Of a DNA stretch of 13,914 bases, positions 6,820 through 13,914 are shown piece by piece. Each line of letters opens with the position of its first letter. Within the stretch, counting starts at the first letter, position 1. The DNA lies in IMG/VR virus record IMGVR_UViG_2698536392_000012, positions 1 through 13,914 of that record; one strand, 5' to 3'. A program made the translations under genes and the position numbers. A model generated the notes under the pieces. It had not been told where the DNA came from, did no database searches, and saw only the letters and a program-made list of their open reading frames with translations. The stretch is from a virus. Its lineage: Duplodnaviria > Heunggongvirae > Uroviricota > Caudoviricetes.

Positions 6820-7890
6820 TTACCCCCTGAAGCCCGGTGGAATTTCGGTATCCGGTTCAGAAATATGATTCACACAACGCTGGTTGTTCGTACCGCTTAC
6901 CGGGAGCAACCAGGGGTTTTCAAAATTCCGGTCCGGTCCAAAAAACGTCGTCGCTCGCTGAACAAATTCCGTTCCCGTTTTCCCGGTAGCCGCCAGGTAT
7001 CTTGCGTAACGCCTCACACCATCCAGCATGGCCTCTGGTGGCACCCCCTCGCGTAATCTGGCCTTCCAGGCACTGAAAGCGGATTTCTTCGGGTTTGCCC
7101 CAGCACGCAACGGGTATTCCCGCCAGACCTGTTCGAACACATCCGGATAATCTACTCGCCCCACAGGCTGCCCGGTGTTTTCCGGGACTACCCGATCGGC
7201 TTCCCGCTGAATGGCGGAATCGGCTTCAGGCTGCTGCAGTTGGTGTGATTGCTCCGGCCTTGCGGTCATCACCTGCTGCACAGCGCCCGAATCGGCTTTC
7301 AGCGCATACGCTGAATCGGCTTCCGGTGTCGTGCCTGCTGGCTGACCAGGATTGACGGTCTGAACATCCCCTGCCTGGTTCGTGGCGTTTTTTACGCCAT
7401 GGACCATAGTGTTTTGATCTTCTTGATCTGTATCTTTATCTGTATCTTTATCTGTCGTGACTCGTCGTGACATGTGCGTGACATTTCGTGACGCGCCGTG
7501 ACAATCGCCATTTTGTTCCCGCTTTCTTTCCCTCTCTCGCTGCGCCCTCTTGCGCTCTGCAGGAGATTTTGCGGTTTGCGAAATATTGCCGTTGTCCTCT
7601 TTCAGCACCTGGCGTTTTTCCCATCCAGTGATTAAATCACCATCAAGTACCCGCCCCTGCATCGTCTGCAAAATTGAATCAATTACCTCTTCTGTCACGT
7701 CGAGCGCACTTGCCAAATCTTCTGTCGTGACATCAATGTGACCTCGCGTGACATTTCGTGACGCGCTCACCAGGAGGTGGATATACACTGCCATCACTGT
7801 TGCAATTGGCTGCCCTGACACCCTGGCAATTGTTCGCCACTTAGGGTCATTTGGCATGTCATGCCATAATCTGAGCCAGGCGTTAGCCAT
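6820..7890 (-). CDS. Phage replication initiator / replisome organiser (lambda O-like), containing the putative origin
   Basis: About 356 aa from the ATG at 7890 (the ORF track starts two codons earlier at a GTG). The coding sequence contains clustered CGTGAC repeats (iterons), as in the lambda O gene. The C-terminal region (YPLRAGANPKKSAFSAWKARL...) resembles prophage replication proteins from recall. Confidence 0.65.
   Translation of the reverse strand: MANAWLRLWHDMPNDPKWRTIARVSGQPIATVMAVYIHLLVSASRNVTRGHIDVTTEDLASALDVTEEVIDSILQTMQGRVLDGDLITGWEKRQVLKEDNGNISQTAKSPAERKRAQRERERKREQNGDCHGASRNVTHMSRRVTTDKDTDKDTDQEDQNTMVHGVKNATNQAGDVQTVNPGQPAGTTPEADSAYALKADSGAVQQVMTARPEQSHQLQQPEADSAIQREADRVVPENTGQPVGRVDYPDVFEQVWREYPLRAGANPKKSAFSAWKARLREGVPPEAMLDGVRRYARYLAATGKTGTEFVQRATTFFGPDRNFENPWLLPVSGTNNQRCVNHISEPDTEIPPGFRG
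7427..7502. repeat. Putative origin iteron cluster 1 inside the O-like gene
   Basis: 12-bp tandem repeat TCTGTATCTTTA x2.4 (7427-7455) followed by five CGTGAC copies starting at 7456, 7466, 7477, 7487 and 7497 (10-11 bp spacing, one helical turn). Confidence 0.6.
7721..7766. repeat. Putative origin iteron cluster 2 inside the O-like gene
   Basis: CGTGAC/TGTGAC copies at 7726, 7738, 7747 and 7757. The 21-bp segment GCGTGACATTTCGTGACGCGC (7746-7766) is an exact copy of 7476-7496. An inverted GTCACG copy sits at 7694-7699. Confidence 0.6.
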
Positions 7891-7961
7891 ACTCACCTCT
7901 TCTGATACCGAATCTTTTTACTCACGAGTTGCCGGAAGCGATTCGATATGGCTATTGTCAG

Positions 7962-8387
7962 TCAATGTACTGCCACAGCATTTCCTGCCGGGCCACCACG
8001 ATTCATCTGATTGAAACCGGCGATTGCCACTGCGACAAAATCATCAGCGTCTCTCACCAGTCGCTCCCGCGTCTCCACCAGCTCCCGAAAATAAGCTGAA
8101 CTGTGGCTGCGCATTCTGGCCACCAGCAAAGGTGGCATTGCCTTTTCGATCGCTGGTAACAACGCCTGAATTTTTTCAACTGCATCAGGGGTGTCTTTCT
8201 CTACCCAGCGGAAAATTTTCTGGGTATTACGAGCCAGGGCTTCCGGATGGCTGTCGTCGTACAGTTCCGGGAACGTCATCCCCAGTTCGAAATAAGTCCG
8301 GGCTATTTCAGCTGCAGGAACTTTCTCACCATCAGGGTATGCCCAGGCATTCATCGCCATGCGGATGTGCTCATGCTTGATTTTCAT
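7962..8387 (-). CDS. YdaT-like protein (CII-position regulator of Rac/Qin-type prophages)
   Basis: 141 aa starting MKIKHEHI..., which I recall as characteristic of YdaT-family proteins. Its start overlaps the cro-like stop (ATGA), suggesting translational coupling. Confidence 0.55.
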   Translation of the reverse strand: MKIKHEHIRMAMNAWAYPDGEKVPAAEIARTYFELGMTFPELYDDSHPEALARNTQKIFRWVEKDTPDAVEKIQALLPAIEKAMPPLLVARMRSHSSAYFRELVETRERLVRDADDFVAVAIAGFNQMNRGGPAGNAVAVH

Positions 8388-8647
8388 GAATCAACTCCCA
8401 GCGCGGGTTGTGTGTTAGCCTGATAGTCAACAGGTATGCCATCGGTTGGGTTGGGGTAAGTACTGCTATCAATCTCGTGCGGGGTCACTACCCACCCTGT
8501 TGCTTCACACCAGCGTAAAACTTTCCCCCCCGTAAGTTTCGCCCGTCCAGTAATAACATGGCTTACCATCCCTTGGGTTACCCCAACAATTTCAGCAAAA
8601 TCTTTCTGGGTTATACGGGAATGATGCAAATATTCTCCAAGATTCAT
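8384..8647 (-). CDS. Cro/YdaS-like HTH DNA-binding protein (first gene of the early-right operon)
   Basis: 87 aa with HTH (ITQKDFAEIVGVTQGMVSHVI). SD GAGGT 5 nt upstream. Divergent from the repressor gene across an operator-containing intergenic region. Confidence 0.7.
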   Translation of the reverse strand: MNLGEYLHHSRITQKDFAEIVGVTQGMVSHVITGRAKLTGGKVLRWCEATGWVVTPHEIDSSTYPNPTDGIPVDYQANTQPALGVDS

Positions 8648-8679
8648 TGTTCACCTCATGTTATGTGACCATGAGCATT

Positions 8680-8739
8680 AATAGCATTGTTATTTTTAAA
8701 AGTAAATAGCATCGCTATTTCAAAGAGATTAATAATCTT
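8680..8739. promoter_or_regulatory. Divergent promoter/operator region (OR-like) between the cro-like and repressor genes
   Basis: Perfect palindrome AAATAGC-atc-GCTATTT (8704-8720), imperfect copy TAATAGC-att-GTTATT (8680-8694) centred 25 bp away, and a 13-bp palindrome AGATTAaTAATCT (8727-8739). Confidence 0.6.
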
Positions 8740-8754
8740 ATTAGAATTGAAGGT

Positions 8755-9255
8755 ATGAAAAGAAAACCCCTGTCAGAGATCGACCTGCAAGCCGCCCAGA
8801 GACTGAAAGAAATCTGGACGACGAAAAAAACTCAACTTGGGTTAACCCAAGAGCGTGCGGCAGAAATTCTGGGTTTTTCGACACAAGGGGCAGTAAGCCA
8901 TTATCTAAATGGTCAGACACCTTTAAATCTAGAGGCTGTTATCAAGTTCGCTGGGTTGCTACAAGTTCCGCCTGAGTCAATTAGACCAGATATGGCAGAC
9001 TTGTTACGAATTGTAAGGATGTACCCCCAAGAACTGCAGCAGGATAATGTTGTCGCTTTACCCGCAGAGATGGAGCAATCGGAAAACGAACTTCCGTTTA
9101 ATATAGAACCTATAGAGCGAGATTTGATCCAGACGTTCAGGGCTTTCCCAAAAGAAGACAAAGAGAAAATGCTTAAGGAAATGAAGGAGAAAAAAGAATC
9201 AATTGAAGAAACCGTTGCGCGGTGGCTAGAGGCGCAAAAAGGTCGTCGCGCCTAA
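8755..9255 (+). CDS. DicA/CI-like HTH repressor, probably a PaaR-type regulator of the downstream toxin-antitoxin pair
   Basis: 166 aa with N-terminal XRE HTH (LGLTQERAAEILGFSTQGAVSHYLNG) and no S24 peptidase domain. C-terminal helical region similar in style to DicA. Followed 17 nt later by the paaA-parE-like genes on the same strand. Confidence 0.7.
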   Translation: MKRKPLSEIDLQAAQRLKEIWTTKKTQLGLTQERAAEILGFSTQGAVSHYLNGQTPLNLEAVIKFAGLLQVPPESIRPDMADLLRIVRMYPQELQQDNVVALPAEMEQSENELPFNIEPIERDLIQTFRAFPKEDKEKMLKEMKEKKESIEETVARWLEAQKGRRA

Positions 9256-9272
9256 TCTGAGGAGGTTAGAAC

Positions 9273-9464
9273 ATGAGTACAGTCCTTTCCCCGATAATTT
9301 CAGAATTTGAAACAATCGAACAAGAAAACAGCTATAACGAATGGTTACGCACCAAAGTGGCAGCAAGCCTCGCAGACCCCCGTCCTGCAATTCCGCATGA
9401 CGAAGTAATGGCTGAAATGGAAAACCTTATTGCGCAAATAGCTTCGACGAACAGGAGTGAGTAA
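9273..9464 (+). CDS. PaaA-like antitoxin (ParE-associated antitoxin)
   Basis: 63 aa. The core SEFETIEQENSYNEWLR...SLADPRPAIPHDEV resembles PaaA2 of E. coli O157 prophages from recall. Strong SD (GGAGG). Its stop overlaps the toxin start (TAATG). Confidence 0.7.
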   Translation: MSTVLSPIISEFETIEQENSYNEWLRTKVAASLADPRPAIPHDEVMAEMENLIAQIASTNRSE

Positions 9465-9754
9465 TGCTGCCCATTTTATGGCTACCTTCTGCGCGTGATG
9501 ATTTGCGTCAGATCGTAGCCTATATTGCCAAGGAAAACCCTCCCGCTGCACGTAGACTAAAAATACGCATTGAAACATCAGTTTTGTCACTTTCTGAACA
9601 TCCTTACCTGTATCCACCAAGCGAAAGAGCTCTAGGCCTTCGTGAGATAGTGACCCATCCTAACTACATAATACTTTACCGAGTAACAGCATCTAACATC
9701 GAGATCGTAAATGTAGTTCACTCACGAAGGCAGTATCCAAACAAAAGCTGTTAA
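9464..9754 (+). CDS. parE: ParE/RelE-superfamily toxin
   Basis: 96 aa with the typical ParE pattern (W.P.A..DL..I..YIA..NP.AA, REIV, NIEIVNVVHSRR). Translationally coupled to the upstream antitoxin. Confidence 0.8.
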   Translation: MLPILWLPSARDDLRQIVAYIAKENPPAARRLKIRIETSVLSLSEHPYLYPPSERALGLREIVTHPNYIILYRVTASNIEIVNVVHSRRQYPNKSC

Positions 9755-9768
9755 TCATTCCTACCAAC

Positions 9769-9792
9769 AACCACCTTCGGGTGGTTTTTTTT
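9769..9792 (+). terminator. Rho-independent terminator of the repressor-TA operon
   Basis: AACCACC-ttcg-GGTGGTT hairpin followed by a T8 run, 15 nt after the parE stop. Confidence 0.8.
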
Positions 9793-9810
9793 CTTACCTC
9801 CAAAAAAAAC

Positions 9811-9849
9811 AATAGCATTACTATTTACACGATAAAATAGCAGTGCTAT
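9811..9849. promoter_or_regulatory. OL-like operator pair / leftward early promoter region
   Basis: Perfect palindrome AATAGC-agt-GCTATT (9835-9849) and imperfect AATAGC-att-ACTATT (9811-9826), 24 bp centre to centre. Same half-sites as the sites at 8680-8720. Confidence 0.55.
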
Positions 9850-10028
9850 TGTTTATTCATCACCCACCCACCCCACAGAATGCAGGGCAATACCTCGAGT
9901 TACCCGGCAGTGGCCAGGGGTTAAGTAGCCAGCCCGAGGCGTATGAACATGACGGCGGGAACACTTTGTATAACAGCGCAGCAGGTTTTTAGTTCCGCGA
10001 CCCGGCGTTAAGGGTAAATGAGGTCAAC

Positions 10029-10181
10029 ATGGATATGCTCAATCTTGGCAACAACGAATCTCTGGTATGCGGAGTATTCCCCAACCTGGACGGCACGTTC
10101 ACCGCGATGACGTATACCAGAAGCAAAACGTTTAAAACGGAAGCTGGCGCGCGTCGCTGGTTAGCAAGAAACTCTGACTGA
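10029..10181 (+). CDS. Small hypothetical protein (50 aa), first ORF of the pL-side operon (YdfA-like position)
   Basis: SD GAGGT 5 nt upstream of the ATG. MDMLNLGNNESLVCGVFPNLDGTFTAMTYTRSKTFKTEAGARRWLARNSD. Identity not confirmed. Confidence 0.4.
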   Translation: MDMLNLGNNESLVCGVFPNLDGTFTAMTYTRSKTFKTEAGARRWLARNSD

Positions 10182-10279
10182 TGAAGGTTAGTAATTAAAG
10201 AGTTCTCCACAGGCGAAGTGGAATACGTTCGCCGGACACGGGTAAGCATCCGGCATGCTCTTTAACAATCTGGGTATTC

Positions 10280-10726
10280 CTAACCACAAAGGAATCGCAT
10301 CAATTTGGATTTTGCAGACAGTTTCTCTTGTTGTTCTACGGAGATTCCTATTTTGATCTGGGTTTTTAAGATTGCGATATCTTTAAGCGACGACCAAATA
10401 TTATCATCTGTTTTTTCCAGGAGCTTTAACTGCATTTTCAATTCCGAATCGGAATATTTTTCTGCATCATCATAAAGCTGCAGATATTCTGCGGATTTTC
10501 TCATTGCGTTACCTGACTTTTGTCCGAATCCGTAAATCGTTTGAACGGTTGCTATCACAACAATGAGAACTCCAGAAACTTCAGGAATAAATCCACCAAT
10601 GACAGATGAACCGAGGATAATACTCACCACTGAGAGAAGTTTATCGAGACGACCAGTCGCTACAGAGAATAGTTGTTCAAGAAAATAACCATATAAAACC
10701 CTGTCAAGAATATCATCCCGGTCCAT
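10280..10726 (-). CDS. Two-TM membrane protein (148 aa), candidate superinfection-exclusion/abortive-infection protein (SieB-like position; SLATT-like architecture)
   Basis: Two adjacent hydrophobic helices (LLSVVSIILGSSVIGGFIPEV, SGVLIVVIATVQTIYGF) followed by a charged, coiled-coil-like C-terminus. AT-rich and convergent to the pL-side genes, like sieB in Rac. Confidence 0.55.
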   Translation of the reverse strand: MDRDDILDRVLYGYFLEQLFSVATGRLDKLLSVVSIILGSSVIGGFIPEVSGVLIVVIATVQTIYGFGQKSGNAMRKSAEYLQLYDDAEKYSDSELKMQLKLLEKTDDNIWSSLKDIAILKTQIKIGISVEQQEKLSAKSKLMRFLCG

Positions 10727-10785
10727 ATATCATCACCTGCTTGTTTGATTGTTGCTGTTCCCCCTCTCCTCTGAAGGAGCTGGAG

Positions 10786-10983
10786 ATGGTTTTGGTCGAA
10801 TGTTTTTCTCAGGTATATGTTTCCTGGTATTCGGAATGTCCGACCTGTCCGCAGGCTTACCAGTACCTGAACAATTCTTTTGAACCACCATATAAAACAC
10901 CTTCCTGTTGTTGGGGATATCCAGATTATACAGATTATACAGATTTCCTGTCGTTGGGGAACGACGGAAACCACCTCGCCTGA
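10786..10983 (+). CDS. Possible small Cys-rich protein (65 aa)
   Basis: Good SD (AAGGAG, 6-nt spacer). CxxC and CC motifs and a YTDYTD repeat encoded by a 9-bp tandem DNA repeat (10912-10936). Could correspond to the small ydfB/ydfC-type genes upstream of dicF, unconfirmed. Confidence 0.3.
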   Translation: MVLVECFSQVYVSWYSECPTCPQAYQYLNNSFEPPYKTPSCCWGYPDYTDYTDFLSLGNDGNHLA

Positions 10984-11210
10984 CGTGGTTAAAAGCAGGC
11001 ACACAACGCGAAAGCGTACGGCGAAGCTCTTTCCCTTAGAAGGCTTGTCGTTAGATTTCTTCGAACGTGCGCTTCCGGTTGTGGCAATCCGCGAAATGGC
11101 GCGGCGGTAAGTATGGCGGGGTTATTCCTTCCCCAGTTGAGGACACCGGGTTGTCAGGTTGACCATACGCTTAAGTGACAACCCCGCTACAACGCCCTCT
11201 GTTATCAATA

Positions 11211-11268
11211 TTCTGGTGACATTTGGCGGTATCAGTTTTACTCCGTGACTGCTCTGCCGCCCTTTTTT
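11211..11268 (+). ncRNA. dicF: DicF small regulatory RNA (ftsZ-targeting sRNA of Qin-type prophages)
   Basis: TTCTGGTGACATTTGGCGGTATCAGTTTTACTCCGTGACTGCTCTGCCGCCCTTTTTT matches the recalled E. coli DicF sequence nearly base for base, including the GGCGG/CCGCC terminator stem and T-run. Sits immediately upstream of dicB. Confidence 0.8.
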
Positions 11269-11438
11269 AAAAGTGAATTTTGTGATGCGGTGAATGCGGC
11301 TCAGCGCACGCGGAACAGTTAAAACCAAAAACAGTGTTATGGGTGGATTCTCTGTATCCGGCGTTAATTGTTAACTGGTTAACGTCACCTGGAGGCACCA
11401 GGCACCGCATCACAAAATTCATTGTTGAGGACGCGATA

Positions 11439-11627
11439 ATGGAAAAGTTATCATGTAATGCCAGCACGTCTGAACTTCGTTTCGAAATTGGCGTTATCAC
11501 TGGAGACAAAACATTTATTGAAGACGCCATTAAGCAGAGAAAACTCGAGCAGGACCTGTTAAATGAAGTATGCATTCCTTCAATGCTGGCTCGTCTGGAC
11601 CTGCTGCAAAAAGGATATAAACAATGA
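11439..11627 (+). CDS. dicB: DicB cell-division inhibitor (MinC-dependent)
   Basis: 62 aa; the motifs FEIGV, EDAIKQRK and CIPSMLARL align with recalled K-12 DicB at the same length. Downstream of dicF as in Qin. Confidence 0.8.
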   Translation: MEKLSCNASTSELRFEIGVITGDKTFIEDAIKQRKLEQDLLNEVCIPSMLARLDLLQKGYKQ

Positions 11628-11815
11628 ATACAACATTTGCACTCGTTCTGACAGTTTATCTTGTTTCCGGCGAATCTCTTGAGCTGGTGACTGGCTTATA
11701 CGGTTCAATGAAAGAATGCATGGCTGCAGCAGCAGAACAAAAAATTCCCGGTAACTGTTATCCGGTAGATAAAACTACTCACACTAATAATAACGAAATA
11801 CCGGCAGGACTTTAA
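11624..11815 (+). CDS. ydfD: YdfD-like small membrane/lysis protein
   Basis: 63 aa with N-terminal TM helix (FALVLTVYLVSGE) and a C-terminus ending ...KIPGNCYPVDK...EIPAGL, resembling YdfD from recall. Start overlaps the dicB stop (ATGA). Confidence 0.7.
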   Translation: MNTTFALVLTVYLVSGESLELVTGLYGSMKECMAAAAEQKIPGNCYPVDKTTHTNNNEIPAGL

Positions 11816-11908
11816 AACAGCACCGTAATTAATATCCGGTTTCATTTTTATATGCCAGCAATGGCAGGGATTTGTTCACCCTTAAATCTGTAATGAGGTT
11901 AAAACAAA

Positions 11909-13914
11909 ATGAGTAAAGTCTTTATTTGCGCCGCCATTCCGGACGAACAGGCAATAAAAGAAGAGGGCGCAGTTGCTGTAGCCACTGCCATTGAAGCCGG
12001 TGATGAACGCCGCGCCCGTGCCAAATTTACCTGGCAATTCCTGGAGCAATATCCTGCTGCTCAGGACTGCGCTTATAAATTTCTTGTCTGCGAAGATAAA
12101 CCCGGCATGCCCCGCCCTGCTATCGACTCCTGGGATACCGAATATATGCAGGAAAACCGCTGGGATGAGGAATCCGCTTCCTTTATTCCGGTCGAACCAG
12201 AATCCGATCCGATGAACGTCAATTTTGACAAGCTGTCCCTTGAAGTACAGAACGCGGTCCTGGTTAAGTTCGGTACATGTGAAAACATCACCGTTGATAT
12301 GGCGATTGACGCGCAGGAATTACTGCAGGAAGACGTTGCTACCTTTGACGGGCATATCGTTGAAGCACTGATGAAAACGCCTGAAATTAACGCTATGTAT
12401 CCGGAACGCAAACTGTTCGCTATCGGATGGGTTAAACACAAATGTAATCCGGGTGCCAAATGGCCCGAAATTCAGGCTGAATTACGTAACTGGAAAAAAC
12501 GGCAGGACGCAGAGCGCAAAGAGACTGGAAAATACACGTCTGTTGTTGATCTCGCCAGCGCCAGAGTCAATCAACAGAACACTGAAAACTCAGCAGGAAA
12601 AATCAACCCAGTCACTGCCGCCATTTGTCGCGAATACAAGCAGACATGGAAAACGCTGGATGAAGAACTGGCCTACGCTCTCTGGCCTGGCGATATTGAT
12701 ACCGGAAACATTGACGGCAGCATCCATCGCTGGGCAAAAAATGAAGTTATCGACAAAGATCGCGAAGACTGGAAGCGCATTTCCGCATCAATGCGCAAAC
12801 AACCCGATGCCGTTCGCTACGACCGTCAGACTATTTTTGGCCTTGTCCGTGAGCATCCGATCGACATTCACAAAGATCCCGTAGCACTGAACAAATACAT
12901 CACTGAATACCTGACTACCAAGGGCGTGTTTGAAGATGACGAAGGAACAAATCAGGGCACAGCTGGTACTCTCCCGTCACCAGTACCAAAAACTGATGCA
13001 GTGGAAACGGCAATGCCGGACAACGAAAAAACCGAATGCGAAGTGGAAGACGAACCATCTGTAGAGCGTGAGGGACCGTTCTACTTCCTTTTCACCGATA
13101 AGGACGGCGAAAAATACGGTCGCGCAAACAAACTTTCTGGTCTGGAAAAAGCACTGGCCCTGGGAGCTACGGAAATCACAAAAGAGGAATACTTCGCACG
13201 TAAAAACGGCACGTACTCAGGTTCACAACAAAATACTGGTGCATCTGACACGATCGCACAACCAGAGCCGGTAAAAGTTACCGCTGACGAAGTAAACAAA
13301 ATTATGCAGGCAGCCAATATCAGCCAGCCTGACGCCAATAAGTTGCTTGCTGTATCACGTGGTGAATTTGTTGCAGGGATTAGCGACCCGAATGATCCGA
13401 AATGGGTGAAGGGGATTGAAACCCGCGATTCAGTGAATCAGAACCAGCAAGAAACGGAACAGAACGGCCAGAAAGCGGAACAAAACAGCCCAAATGCGTT
13501 ACAAAACGAGCCAGAAACGAAACAACCTGAACCAGTAGCGCAACAGGAACCGGAAAAAGTCTGCACCGCCTGCGGTCAGACCGGCGGCGGCAACTGCCCT
13601 GATTGTGGCGCGGTGATGGGCGACGCAACATACCAGGAAACATTCGATGACAAGAACCAGGTTGAAGTTCAGGAAGACGATTCGGAGAAAATGGAAGGCG
13701 CTGAACATCCACACAAGGAGAATGCTGGCGGCAATCAGCATCACGATAGCGATAATGAAACTGGCGAGACGGCAGATCACTCAATTAAGGTGAACGGTCA
13801 TCAAGAAATCACATCCACCAGCAGGACGTGTGACCATCTAATGATCGACCTTGAAACCATGGGAAAAAATCCTGATGCCCCGATCATCTCAATAGGTGCA
13901 ATATTTTTCGATCC
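11909..13914 (+). CDS. recE: RecE-like exonuclease (exodeoxyribonuclease VIII family), 3'-truncated by the window end
   Basis: Open frame from the ATG at 11909 to the window end (missed by the ORF track because no stop lies in the window). The segment LLAVSRGEFVAGISDPNDPKWVKGIETRD...CTACGQTGGGNCPDCGAVMGDATYQETFD aligns with the recalled central region of E. coli RecE. The last residues (MIDLETMGKNPDAPIISIGAIFFD) look like a DnaQ/DEDD Exo I motif. Confidence 0.75.
   Translation, partial: MSKVFICAAIPDEQAIKEEGAVAVATAIEAGDERRARAKFTWQFLEQYPAAQDCAYKFLVCEDKPGMPRPAIDSWDTEYMQENRWDEESASFIPVEPESDPMNVNFDKLSLEVQNAVLVKFGTCENITVDMAIDAQELLQEDVATFDGHIVEALMKTPEINAMYPERKLFAIGWVKHKCNPGAKWPEIQAELRNWKKRQDAERKETGKYTSVVDLASARVNQQNTENSAGKINPVTAAICREYKQTWKTLDEELAYALWPGDIDTGNIDGSIHRWAKNEVIDKDREDWKRISASMRKQPDAVRYDRQTIFGLVREHPIDIHKDPVALNKYITEYLTTKGVFEDDEGTNQGTAGTLPSPVPKTDAVETAMPDNEKTECEVEDEPSVEREGPFYFLFTDKDGEKYGRANKLSGLEKALALGATEITKEEYFARKNGTYSGSQQNTGASDTIAQPEPVKVTADEVNKIMQAANISQPDANKLLAVSRGEFVAGISDPNDPKWVKGIETRDSVNQNQQETEQNGQKAEQNSPNALQNEPETKQPEPVAQQEPEKVCTACGQTGGGNCPDCGAVMGDATYQETFDDKNQVEVQEDDSEKMEGAEHPHKENAGGNQHHDSDNETGETADHSIKVNGHQEITSTSRTCDHLMIDLETMGKNPDAPIISIGAIFFD

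Noticed and set aside
6607-8380. Plus-strand ORFs 6607-7056, 7095-7355, 7550-7741, 7748-8014 and 8024-8380
   Set aside because: All are antisense to the O-like initiator and YdaT-like genes, with Pro/Arg/Ser-rich translations and no RBS.
8913-9620. Minus-strand ORFs 8913-9161 and 9345-9620
   Set aside because: They are antisense to the repressor and toxin-antitoxin genes, which have strong coding and RBS signals on the plus strand.
9857-9875. CACCCACCCACCCC short repeat downstream of the OL-like operators
   Set aside because: Only a trimer of a 4-bp unit with no obvious partner or structure. Probably a chance low-complexity stretch within the promoter region.
9989-10249. Minus-strand 86-aa ORF
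   Set aside because: It overlaps the plus-strand 50-aa ORF, which has a proper SD. No RBS and an implausible composition.
10660-11110. Minus-strand ORFs 10660-11004 and 10733-11002, and the plus-strand 76-aa ORF 10880-11110
   Set aside because: The minus-strand ORFs overlap each other and the better-supported plus-strand small ORF. The 76-aa plus ORF begins at a TTG with no internal ATG near the start and overlaps the 65-aa ORF.
11267-11575. Minus-strand 102-aa ORF, and the N-terminal extension of the dicB frame from 11334
   Set aside because: The minus ORF is antisense to dicF and dicB. The extended plus frame starts inside the DicF terminator, and the 62-aa DicB from the ATG at 11439 matches the known length.
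11991-13784. Short ORFs within the RecE-like region (11991-12215+, 12453-12884+, 12073-12459-, 13081-13338-, 13380-13784-, 13499-13780-)
   Set aside because: They lie in alternative frames or on the opposite strand of a long open frame with RecE homology. The long frame was missed by the ORF track only because it has no stop within the window.
1-13914. CRISPR arrays, tRNA/rRNA genes, integrase or attachment sites, IS elements
   Set aside because: No regularly spaced direct repeats with unique spacers, no tRNA-like cloverleaf candidates, and no integrase or transposase ORFs were seen. The window appears to cover only the internal immunity/replication/nin portion of the prophage.

Overview
This window reads as the immunity, replication and nin/Q region of a lambdoid (Qin/Rac-like) prophage from an E. 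coli-like enterobacterium. All calls are from reading the sequence and recalled protein families; no database search was run. From high to low coordinates on the minus strand sits an early-right operon: Cro/YdaS-like HTH, YdaT-like protein, an O-like replication initiator with in-gene iterons (putative ori), a 140-aa wHTH protein, three uncharacterised proteins (119 aa zinc-ribbon, 70 aa acidic, 277 aa), a 34-aa hydrophobic ORF, a HokD/Gef-family toxin, an AT-rich HTH + ImmA/IrrE metallopeptidase cassette bounded by a duplicated 22-bp hairpin, a 92-aa protein, a DUF968/YdfU-like protein, RusA and antiterminator Q with a tR'-like terminator. On the plus strand are a DicA/PaaR-like repressor co-oriented with a PaaA-like antitoxin and ParE toxin, then a pL-side block with a small ORF, DicF sRNA, DicB, YdfD and the start of a RecE-like gene running off the window. 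An AT-rich 2-TM membrane protein gene lies convergent to that block. The best candidates for undescribed biology are the HTH-ImmA cassette, the three-gene block of unknown function, the 34-aa hydrophobic ORF beside hok, and the 2-TM membrane protein. No CRISPR array, tRNA or rRNA was seen.
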